Source: Kineococcus radiotolerans SRS30216 = ATCC BAA-149 (lineage in GTDB: Bacteria > Actinomycetota > Actinomycetes > Actinomycetales > Kineococcaceae). Taken from it: a stretch of 32,000 bases of DNA. Under the pieces are notes generated by a model. The model made no database searches and had not been told where the DNA came from. It saw nothing but the letters and a program-made list of their open reading frames with translations. Location of the stretch: positions 4,500,001-4,532,000 of the forward strand of contig NC_009664.2 of assembly GCF_000017305.1 (NCBI RefSeq). The letters run 5' to 3'. Both the position numbers and the translations under genes were made by a program. The stretch's first letter is position 1. Each line of letters begins with the position of its first letter. This document shows, piece after piece, positions 7,772-15,459 of this stretch.

Positions 7772-8545
7772 TCAGCGGGCGATCATGCCTGCCGAGAGAT
7801 CGATGTCAGCGCCGCACAGGCCGGGCATGCACAGCACCGCGACAGCGGCCGTGGCCACTTCCTCCTCCGTCACCATGCGCCGCAGCGCGGCGCGGGAGAC
7901 GAAATCGGCCTCGGCCTGCGCCGGCGTCGCGCCGGATCGTTCCGCCTCACGCGCGAAGTTGCGTTCCATCCGCGGTCCGGCCACGGGGCCGGGGGAGACG
8001 GAGTTCACCATGACGCCCCGGGGGCCCACCTCGTGCGCCAGTGTGGTCGTCAGGCCGAGCACCGCCATCTTCGACGCCGTGTACGGCGTACGTCCCGGAA
8101 GTGGCCGTTTGCCGCTGACGGAGGCGATGTTGACCACGTCCCCGGACCCACGCTCCAGCATGGGCGGGAGGAACGCCCGGCACATCAGGTAGGTCCCGCG
8201 GACGTTCACCGCGAAGACCTCGTCCCACTCCTGAGGCTGCACTGCGGTCAGGTCGGCGACCGGACCCGCGATACCAGCGTTGTTGATCAGGATGGAGATC
8301 GACTCCCCGCTGAGATCGCGGGCGAGGGTGCCCACCGAGTCGGGGTCGGAGACGTCGCACGTCGCCACCCGCGATCTCGGACCGATCATCGCCGCCGTCT
8401 CGTTCAGTGTGTCCTCCCCGCGCCCGACGAGGACCACGCGGGCGCCGTGGCCGGCCAGGGCGAGCGCGATCGCCCGCCCCAGCCCGTTGCCCGCCCCGGT
8501 CACCAGGGCGGTGCGCCCACCGACGACGTCGTCCGGTGTTTTCAC
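7772..8545 (-). CDS. SDR-family oxidoreductase
   Basis: 'TALVTGAGNGLGRAIA', 'NNAG' and 'YTASKMAV' are present. I place the start at the GTG at 8543-8545, which overlaps the upstream MFS stop (GTGA), giving 257 aa. The longer ORF-track start at 8902 would overlap the transporter gene. Confidence 0.85.
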   Translation of the reverse strand: MKTPDDVVGGRTALVTGAGNGLGRAIALALAGHGARVVLVGRGEDTLNETAAMIGPRSRVATCDVSDPDSVGTLARDLSGESISILINNAGIAGPVADLTAVQPQEWDEVFAVNVRGTYLMCRAFLPPMLERGSGDVVNIASVSGKRPLPGRTPYTASKMAVLGLTTTLAHEVGPRGVMVNSVSPGPVAGPRMERNFAREAERSGATPAQAEADFVSRAALRRMVTEEEVATAAVAVLCMPGLCGADIDLSAGMIAR

Positions 8546-9906
8546 GACGCTTCCCGAAGCGACGCCGCGGGGTGCTCCCCGGGCAGGGTCGTCACGTCGA
8601 TCTCGTCCAGTTCGAGGTGGCGTCGGTCGGGGGCGAAGGAGATCGCCACGATCGCTACCAGGGTGCAGGCGATGGCGAAGACGATGACCGCCCACAGGCT
8701 GCCGTCGGTCCACAAGACCATGGCCGCGGCCAGGGCGGGCGCGAAGCTGGCCAGCAGGATCGAGGCCATCTGGTAGCCGATGGAGATGCCGGAGTAGCGC
8801 ACGGCGGTGGGGAACATCTCGCAGTACAGCGCGGGCAGGGGTGCGTAGACCATGGCGTGCCCCAGCGCCATGAAGATCACGACGCCGAGGGTGATCGCCC
8901 ACAGCTCACCTGTCTGCACGAGCGCGAACACCGGCCAGGTGGTGACCACGATGATCCCCGCGCCGATGAGGAAGGTCTTGGGGCGCCCGATGCGGTCTGA
9001 GAGCGCACCGAAGACGGGGATCAGCGCGATGTTGGCGGCTGCACCGATCATCGAGGCGGTGAGGCCGTAGCTGCGGGGGGCGCCCAGGGTCGTCGTGACG
9101 TAGGAGAGGATGAAGGTGGTGAACAGGTAGTAGTTCCCGGCTTCAGCGAACCGGCCGAAGATCGCGATGAGCAGGGACCGCTTGTGCTCGCGGAACAGCA
9201 CGACGGCGGGTGCCTTGCGCTGCTCCATCTCGGCGTCCATCTTCGCCTTCTCCGCCAGGAAAGCGGGGCTCTCGGTGGCGCGCAGGCGGATCACCAGACC
9301 CACGACGGCCAGGACGATCGCCAGCAGGAACGGCAACCGCCAGCCCCAGGTCTCGAAGGAGTCGCCGGAGAGCCATGCCGATAGAGACACCGCGGCGGTG
9401 CCCAGCAGCAGTCCGGCGGAGACGCCGATCTGCGGCCAGGAACCGAAGTAGCCGCGGCGACGGCGCGGCGCGTTCTCGACCGCGATGATCGCAGCCCCGC
9501 CCCACTCCCCGCCCACGGCGAAACCCTGCGCCAGGCGCAGCACGCACAGCAGCAGTGGAGCCGCTACGCCGATCTGGGCGTAGGTCGGCATCAGGCCGAT
9601 CGCGGCGGTCGCGACGGTCATCACCGAGAAGGTGAGGATCAGCGTCGACTTGCGCCCGATGCGGTCCCCGAGGTGGCCGGCGACGACCGCGCCCAGCGGG
9701 CGGGCCAGGAACCCGACGCCGAAGGAGGCCAGCGACACGATCTGGCCCACCCCGGAGGAAAGGTTGGGGAAGAACAGCGAACCGAACACCAGGGCGGCGG
9801 CGGTTCCGTAGATCGTGTACTCGTACCACTCGACGATGGCGCCGATGGTCCCCGACTGCAGGGACCGGCGACGCAACTGCTCGGGGGTGGGGGCGGTCTT
9901 CTCCAT
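8542..9906 (-). CDS. MFS transporter, metabolite:H+ symporter (MHS) family
   Basis: The N-terminal 'GTIGAIVEWYEYTIYG' and 'GHLGDRIGRK' are signatures of the KgtP/ProP/ShiA-type MHS subfamily. There are about 12 hydrophobic segments. Confidence 0.85.
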   Translation of the reverse strand: MEKTAPTPEQLRRRSLQSGTIGAIVEWYEYTIYGTAAALVFGSLFFPNLSSGVGQIVSLASFGVGFLARPLGAVVAGHLGDRIGRKSTLILTFSVMTVATAAIGLMPTYAQIGVAAPLLLCVLRLAQGFAVGGEWGGAAIIAVENAPRRRRGYFGSWPQIGVSAGLLLGTAAVSLSAWLSGDSFETWGWRLPFLLAIVLAVVGLVIRLRATESPAFLAEKAKMDAEMEQRKAPAVVLFREHKRSLLIAIFGRFAEAGNYYLFTTFILSYVTTTLGAPRSYGLTASMIGAAANIALIPVFGALSDRIGRPKTFLIGAGIIVVTTWPVFALVQTGELWAITLGVVIFMALGHAMVYAPLPALYCEMFPTAVRYSGISIGYQMASILLASFAPALAAAMVLWTDGSLWAVIVFAIACTLVAIVAISFAPDRRHLELDEIDVTTLPGEHPAASLREAS

Positions 9907-9948
9907 CGCGGGATCTCCGTCGATCGGTGGCGGGAGGGGAGGGGTTGC

Positions 9949-11268
9949 TCAGGCGGAGGTGGTCTGGAAGTGCTCGCTCCAGGGCAGCGGGGCGTCGGCG
10001 TACTTGGCGGCGCGCACGTCACCGGAACGGGCGTGACCCTCGAAGAGCTCCACGCGGGCGGCCCGCCCGCACAGCGTCCCCAGCCGCGCCGAGGCGGCCT
10101 CGTCGCGGACCTCCTGGTAGGTGACGGTGCGCAGGTACTTCCCGACCCAGAGCCCGCCGGTGTAGCGCGCGGCGCCACGGGTGGGCAGGACGTGGTTGGT
10201 GCCGATCACCTTGTCCCCGTAGGACACGCAGGTGCCCTCACCGAGGAAGAGGGCGCCGTAGGCGTGCATCTTCTCCAACGCCAGGCGGGGTTCGGCGGTG
10301 AGGATCTGGACGTGCTCGAACGCGAAGTCGTCGGCGATGCGGTACGCCTCGTCCAGGTCGTCGGCGACGATGACCTGGCCGTGGTCACGCCAGGCCGGAC
10401 CCGCGATGTCGCCCGTGGGCATGCCCGGCAGGATCTCCTCGACGTGAGCCATGACCTGACGGCCGACGTCCTCGCTCGTGGTGATGAGCACCGCCGGGGA
10501 GTCGGGGCCGTGCTCGGCCTGGGAGAGGAGGTCCACGGCCACGACGAACGGGTCGGCGGCCTCGTCGGCCACCACGAGGACCTCGGTGGGTCCGGCGAAC
10601 AGGTCGATGCCGACCTCCCCGAAGAGTTGCCGCTTGGCTTCGGCGACGTAGGCGTTGCCGGGGCCGGCGAGCATGTCGACGCGCGCGATGCTCTCGGTCC
10701 CGATGGCCATGGCCGCGACCGCCTGCACCCCGCCGAGGACGTGGATCTCGTCGGCGCCGGCGAAGTGCATGGCCGCGATGGTCGCGGCGGGGATCTCGCC
10801 GCGGATGGGCGGTGTGCAGGCGACGACGCGCGGTACGCCGGCGACCTTGGCGGTGACGATGGTCATGTGCGCGGAGGCGGTGAGGGGGTAGCGACCACCG
10901 GGGATGTAGGCCCCGACGGCCGCGATGGGCAGGTGGCGGTGGCCGAGGAGGACTCCCGGCTCGGTCTCGACCTCGATGTCGGTCATGGATGCCCGCTGGG
11001 CTTCGGCGAAGCGGCGGACGTTGGCCTGCACGGTGGTGATGTCGTCGACGACCTGCTGGGGCAGGGAGGCGATGATCTCCTGCACCTGAGCCTCGTCGAG
11101 GCGGAAGGAGGCGGGCTCCCACCGGTCGAAGCGGGTGGACAGCTCGCGCACCGCCGCGTCACCGCGGGTGCGCACGTCGGCCACGATGGCGCGCACCGTC
11201 TCGGCGAGCGCGTCGTTGTCGGCGAACGAGGTCGAGGTGGACGTGGCCGTCTTGAGGGGGTGGGACAT
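9949..11268 (-). CDS. histidinol-dehydrogenase-family NAD-dependent alcohol-to-acid dehydrogenase (HisD paralogue, possibly HpsN-like)
   Basis: HisD-family blocks are present: 'IPGGRYPLTASAHMTIVTAKVAGV', 'SQAEHGPDS', 'FAFEHVQIL', 'GTNHVLPTRGAARYTGGL' and 'FEGHARS'. The context is a sugar/alcohol catabolic operon, not histidine biosynthesis. Confidence 0.8.
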   Translation of the reverse strand: MSHPLKTATSTSTSFADNDALAETVRAIVADVRTRGDAAVRELSTRFDRWEPASFRLDEAQVQEIIASLPQQVVDDITTVQANVRRFAEAQRASMTDIEVETEPGVLLGHRHLPIAAVGAYIPGGRYPLTASAHMTIVTAKVAGVPRVVACTPPIRGEIPAATIAAMHFAGADEIHVLGGVQAVAAMAIGTESIARVDMLAGPGNAYVAEAKRQLFGEVGIDLFAGPTEVLVVADEAADPFVVAVDLLSQAEHGPDSPAVLITTSEDVGRQVMAHVEEILPGMPTGDIAGPAWRDHGQVIVADDLDEAYRIADDFAFEHVQILTAEPRLALEKMHAYGALFLGEGTCVSYGDKVIGTNHVLPTRGAARYTGGLWVGKYLRTVTYQEVRDEAASARLGTLCGRAARVELFEGHARSGDVRAAKYADAPLPWSEHFQTTSA

Positions 11269-11321
11269 CTCAGCTCCATTGCGCGACGTCTGGCGTTCGG
11301 GGCGGTGCGTCGCATCCGTAG

Positions 11322-11335
11322 TGGATACGTATCCA
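11322..11335. promoter_or_regulatory. candidate LacI-family operator, perfect 14-bp palindrome TGGATACGTATCCA
   Basis: The sequence is self-complementary. It fits the LacI/GalR-type pattern TG.A..CG..T.CA with a central CG. It lies 54 bp upstream of the HisD-family start codon, with the LacI gene immediately upstream. Confidence 0.55.
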
Positions 11336-11417
11336 ACGATGGTGCGAAGCTAGAGCTAGACGCCCGACCCGTCAACCCCCACCGTCCTTGCGCGCGCCGC
11401 CTGCAGCACCAGGCAGG

Positions 11418-11502
11418 GTGTCCCCCCACGCGGCGTGTCCCACCACGCGGCGTGTCCCACCACGCGGCGTACCCCATCACGCGGCGTGCCCCATCACGCG
11501 GC
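11418..11502. repeat. 17-bp tandem repeat (GTGTCCCACCACGCGGC consensus), 5 copies
   Basis: Copies lie at 11418, 11435, 11452, 11469 and 11486. Copies 2 and 3 are identical and the others differ at 1-3 positions. The array sits between the LacI stop (11529) and the operator/promoter region. Confidence 0.9.
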
Positions 11503-11528
11503 GAGTCACATCAGGGGGTGGTGTCACA

Positions 11529-12545
11529 TCAGCTGGCGGTGTCTGCGCTCCACGGCGCGGTGGTGGCGCGCAGCACCAGCTCCACGGGCAGGACCTCGTG
11601 GCTCAGCGGCGACTCCGGGTCCTGCAGCCGCTCCAGCAGGAGGCGGGCGGCCACTTCGGCGATGCGGCTCAGCGGCTGGCGCACCGTCGTCAGCTCGATG
11701 CGCTCCCACGCGGAGGCGGGTGCGTCATCGCACCCGACGACACTCAGCTGCCCGGGAACGTCGACGCCCTCGGCCGCGGCGGCGTTGAGCGCCGCGTGGG
11801 CCATCACGTCGTTGTGGCAGAACAACGCGCTCGGGGGCTGCGGAGCAGCCAGCAGCTCGCGCACCGCCGCGTAGCTCGTGGCGTAGTCGTAGTCACCCTG
11901 CACCTCCACCAGGTCGACCTGCGGTGCCCGCTCAGCGAGCCGGGCGCGGAAACCCGCCCCGCGCTGCTCGGCGGTACTCGCCCGCTCCGTTCCGCACACC
12001 ATCGCGATGCGTCGATGGCCCAGGTCGAGCAGGTGATCAGCGACCAGCCTGCCCGCGGTGGTGTTGTCCGCCTCCACCTGATCCCCGGGGAACCCCTCGA
12101 TGGTCCGGTGACACAGCACCACGGGGATCCCGTGCTCGCTGACCGGCCACGCCAGGGGGTCCTCGCGCAGGGCCGAGGTGAAGACCACCCCGTCGACCCG
12201 CTCCCTGCGCAGCATCGCCAAGCTCTCCTGCGCGGTGGCCACGTCGCTGAGCAGCAGCAGGCGCAGACCCTCCTCGTGCAGCACCCGCTCCACCGCGCGC
12301 ACCATGATCGGGTAGAAGGGGTTGGTGAGGTCGCGGATGACCACCCCGACCAGACCGGTGCGGGCAGCGACCAACGACCTCGCCGCCAGGTTGGGCTGGA
12401 AGTCGTGCTTGGCCAGGACTTCCAGCACTCGGCGCCTGGTCTGCGGGGCGACGCTGCCGCCGTTGAGCACCCGCGACACGGTCGACTGGGCCACTCCCGC
12501 CTCCCGCGCGATTTGGACACTGGAGACGGAGGGTCGCCGGGCCAT
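11529..12545 (-). CDS. LacI-family transcriptional regulator
   Basis: The N-terminal HTH reads 'VSSVQIAREAGVAQSTVSRVLNG...RRRVLEVLAKHDFQPNLAARSL'. It is followed by a periplasmic-binding-protein-like sugar-binding core. Confidence 0.9.
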   Translation of the reverse strand: MARRPSVSSVQIAREAGVAQSTVSRVLNGGSVAPQTRRRVLEVLAKHDFQPNLAARSLVAARTGLVGVVIRDLTNPFYPIMVRAVERVLHEEGLRLLLLSDVATAQESLAMLRRERVDGVVFTSALREDPLAWPVSEHGIPVVLCHRTIEGFPGDQVEADNTTAGRLVADHLLDLGHRRIAMVCGTERASTAEQRGAGFRARLAERAPQVDLVEVQGDYDYATSYAAVRELLAAPQPPSALFCHNDVMAHAALNAAAAEGVDVPGQLSVVGCDDAPASAWERIELTTVRQPLSRIAEVAARLLLERLQDPESPLSHEVLPVELVLRATTAPWSADTAS

Positions 12546-12639
12546 GGGTGTCGCTCCTTCAGACGTGGTGGTCGGTGGTGCCGAGTCGGAGCCGCACTGG
12601 GCCCATCGGGCCCATCGGGCTTACTGGGCCCAGCCTGGC

Positions 12640-13764
12640 TCAACCAGGTTCGGGGACGATGAGCTGACGTACGGCGAGGCCGTCGGCGAGGGTGTCCATC
12701 GCCTCATTGACGTCCTCGAGCCTGATGGTGGCCGAGACCAGCTGCTCCACCGGCAGTCGCCCCTGCCGCCACAGCTGCACGTAGGTGGGGATGTCACGCG
12801 CAGGCACCGCAGAGCCCAGGTAGCTGCCGACGATCGTGCGTGCCTCAGCCGTCAGCCCCAGCGGCTCGATCTGCGCGCGAGCCCCCGGCGCGGGCAGGCC
12901 GACAGTCACCGTGGTGCCTCCGGGTGCCGTCAGCTGCACGGCCGTCTCGAAGGCGCGCACATTGCCGGCCGCCTCCACCACGACCGGCGCGCGCAGCCCC
13001 TCCGCCAGCGCCTCCTGCGGAGTCAGGGCCTGCGAAGCCCCCGCGGCTCGGGCGGCGGTCAGCTTCGCCGCCACCGTGTCCACGCCGATGACGCGGCCGG
13101 TCCCCAGGGAGGCGGCGGTCATGACCGCGGCCATGCCCACCCCGCCCAGGCCGACCACGATCACGTCGTCGCCCTCCTGGGGTCGGCCCGCGTTGAGCAC
13201 CGCCCCACCGCCGGTGAGCACAGCGCACCCCAGCAGCGCCGCCACCGCCGGCGGCACGTCCGCCTCGACCGGCACGATCGAACGCCGGTCCACCACGGCG
13301 TGCGTGGCGAAGGCGGAGATGCCCAGGTGGTGCTTGACCGGTTGCCCGTCGCGGCGCAGCCGCAGCCCCCCGCCCAGCAACTCCCCGGCTCCGTTGGCAG
13401 CACTGCCCGGCAGGCACGGCAGCTTGCCTTCGGTGCGGCAACCTGCGCAGCGTCCGCAGCGCGGCAGGAACGTCATGACGACCCGCTGTCCCAGCTCCAC
13501 GTCCTCGACCCCAGCGCCGAGCGCTTCGATGATCCCGGCGGCCTCGTGTCCCAGCAGCATCGGGACCGGGCGGACCCGGTTACCGTCGACGACCGAGAGG
13601 TCGGAGTGGCACAGGCCGGCCGCCTCGATGCGCACCAGCACCTCCCCCGGGCCGGGCGGGTCCAGATCGAGCTCGCTGATCGTCACCGGTCGCGAGTCTG
13701 CGAACGGGCGAGCCCGCCCAACCTCTTCCAGCACCGCCCCGCGGATGGTCAGTGTCCGTTTCAC
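12640..13764 (-). CDS. zinc-dependent alcohol dehydrogenase (MDR superfamily)
   Basis: 'GLCHSD', 'GHEAAG' and the structural-zinc motif 'CGRCAGCRTEGKLPC' are present, with a Rossmann 'VVGLGGVG'. The start is set at the GTG at 13762-13764, 6 nt downstream of AGGAGGA, rather than the ORF-track start at 13782. Confidence 0.85.
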   Translation of the reverse strand: MKRTLTIRGAVLEEVGRARPFADSRPVTISELDLDPPGPGEVLVRIEAAGLCHSDLSVVDGNRVRPVPMLLGHEAAGIIEALGAGVEDVELGQRVVMTFLPRCGRCAGCRTEGKLPCLPGSAANGAGELLGGGLRLRRDGQPVKHHLGISAFATHAVVDRRSIVPVEADVPPAVAALLGCAVLTGGGAVLNAGRPQEGDDVIVVGLGGVGMAAVMTAASLGTGRVIGVDTVAAKLTAARAAGASQALTPQEALAEGLRAPVVVEAAGNVRAFETAVQLTAPGGTTVTVGLPAPGARAQIEPLGLTAEARTIVGSYLGSAVPARDIPTYVQLWRQGRLPVEQLVSATIRLEDVNEAMDTLADGLAVRQLIVPEPG

Positions 13765-13953
13765 CGCTGCTCCTCCTAGCACGTGCGGTCAGCCGGTGCC
13801 GAGCCGCGGACCGGGCCAGCGTAAGTGGCAGCACGAGGGGCACGCACGGGCCGGGTTGGGGCCCGGCAAGGCACCAAGGCCGGCGGTGCCCGCAGCGCCG
13901 CCCCGACCGGCGCCGCCCCACGGGGTGCGAAGCCGACGGCGGTAGCGGTCGAA

Positions 13954-14396
13954 GTGGCACTGCCCTCCAGCGTCACCTTCAGCGCGGAGCTGTACGAAGA
14001 GGTCACCCACCGCCCCCTGCCCGTCGACATCGGCACTCTGTCGACATCGGCACTCTGCGGCTGCTGCGCGGTTCTCCGCTGTGCTTGGACGTGTACACGT
14101 GGCTGACGTGCCGGATGAGCTACCTGCGCAAGACGGTGGTGGTGACGTGGGAGCAGTTGCGCTTCCAGTTCGACCGCCAGGTGTCCACTCCCTGCGGGTA
14201 CCGTCACTTCCGCGCCGGCTTCTGCGAGGCGTCGCGGTGGGTGCTGGCCATCTACCGGGGGGCGAAGGTGAATGAGGTCGCCAACGGCATTCGGCCACGG
14301 CCCTCCCCACCGCACGTGGGTCGGGATCCTCGCCGCGCGCTGAACCAGGACGGTGAACCAGGACGGTCTGCCCTCTTTTCACGGGCTTGCGCGTAG
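13954..14396 (+). pseudogene. RepA_C-like (plasmid/integrative-element replication initiator) C-terminal stub, frameshifted
   Basis: 'SAELYEEVTHRPLPVDIGTL' in one frame continues as 'RLLRGSPLCLDVYTWLTCRMSYLRKTVVVTWEQLRFQF...RPRPSPPHV' in another. This fits my recollection of the RepA_C family pattern ('ALDIY.WLTYR...'). The N-terminal part is missing, because the region abuts the ADH gene. Confidence 0.5.
14023..14056. repeat. perfect 17-bp tandem duplication GTCGACATCGGCACTCT x2
   Basis: Copies lie at 14023-14039 and 14040-14056. The duplication lies exactly at the frame break of the RepA-like stub. Confidence 0.95.
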
Positions 14397-14581
14397 CGGG
14401 GTGGGCCGCAGGGGGGCCGGTGGTGCTGACTTTCCGTTGACGGGGTGTCGACGTTCACGCGGGGTCGCTGCTTGGGGATCGCCGCATTCAGAGGGTGCAG
14501 TGATGAATGACGAGGTCCTCCGCGACGGGGCCGAGGGCGAATCGTCCGCGCTAGTGCCGGCCGTTGACGGTCGCCTGCGCT

Positions 14582-15277
14582 TCAGCCAGTGAGGCGCACC
14601 GTGTCGAAACTCATCGCGCGGGTGGTGGTGAAACCGATGCGGTGATAGAGGCCGATTGCTGTGCTGTGGCCGGCGGAGACGTGCAGCACGGGCCGCTCGC
14701 CACGGGCCCGGATGCCGGCGGCGACTGCCCGCACCAGCCGGCCCGCCAGCCCGCGGCCGCGTTGGGCGGGATCCGTGCACACCGCGGAAATCTCCGTGGC
14801 GCCCGGAACGCGCATCCGCTCACCCGCCATGGCCACCAGTCGTCCCTGCTCCACGATTCCCAGGTAGCGGCCCATCTGCGCGGTACCCGCGAACCATGGA
14901 CCGGGCTGCGTCCGTGCCACCAGCTCCGCCATCTGCTGCTCGTGGTCTGAGCCAAGCTCCACGATCTCCAAATTGTCCCCGGCGGCAACTGCCGTCCCCT
15001 CCATCTGCAAGCCGTGGAACTGGCGCACCAGGCTCCACGTCGCGGGGGGTTGTACCGGCTGCGTACCGAGGTGCACGACGATGACGGTCTCGCCTGGTTG
15101 ACACAGTGCCGCCAGGTCTGACCAGTCCTCCCCGCGTGGCTCCAGCGGCAGACCCGCGAAGATCGCGAATTGTGGCGCGTAGCGGGCAGCGCGCCCGCGC
15201 ACCGCGCCGAACCGCTGCTGAGGGCCGTGTAAAGCAGACAGAACGGGGTTGGACAAGACATCGTCGAGCTCACTCAC
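14582..15277 (-). CDS. GNAT-family N-acetyltransferase
   Basis: The acetyl-CoA-binding motif 'VCTDPAQRGRGLAGRLV' (Q/RxxGxG/A) is followed by 'AIGLYHRIGF'. Confidence 0.8.
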   Translation of the reverse strand: MSELDDVLSNPVLSALHGPQQRFGAVRGRAARYAPQFAIFAGLPLEPRGEDWSDLAALCQPGETVIVVHLGTQPVQPPATWSLVRQFHGLQMEGTAVAAGDNLEIVELGSDHEQQMAELVARTQPGPWFAGTAQMGRYLGIVEQGRLVAMAGERMRVPGATEISAVCTDPAQRGRGLAGRLVRAVAAGIRARGERPVLHVSAGHSTAIGLYHRIGFTTTRAMSFDTVRLTG

Positions 15278-15459
15278 CAGATGACTATCGCTCCCCCCTC
15301 GGCCGGCCTTGCAAGTGGGTACCCACCGGCAGTGCGCGTCGACCCCACAGAGGAATCTTTGCGGAGTTCGCCGCGGGAGGAGCGCAAGCTGTGATGGTCA
15401 CTCCCGCCGCCGGGCGCAGCACCATAGCCAAGACGGGTCTTTGGTCCTCCGGCTTCGGG

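Noticed and set aside
7772-8902. The 376-aa version of the SDR gene.
   Set aside because: The first ~119 aa overlap the C-terminal part of the MFS gene in another frame and are Arg/Pro/Gly-rich. The GTG at 8545, overlapping the MFS stop, gives a standard 257-aa SDR.
9949-11268. Calling this gene the biosynthetic hisD.
   Set aside because: It is flanked by a LacI regulator, an MFS importer and dehydrogenases rather than his genes. HisD-family paralogues in such contexts are catabolic. I therefore kept the family-level call only and left the symbol blank.
9673-11874. A 733-aa plus-strand ORF spanning the MFS, HisD-family and LacI region.
   Set aside because: Its translation is Gly/Arg/Asp/His-rich low-complexity sequence with no motifs. 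It lies antisense to three genes with clear family signatures. Long stop-free antisense frames are expected in DNA with this G+C content.
12322-13945. Long plus-strand ORFs (485 aa and 369 aa) opposite the Zn-ADH gene.
   Set aside because: They are antisense to a gene with complete zinc-ADH motifs, and their Arg/Pro/Ala/Ser-rich composition is not protein-like.
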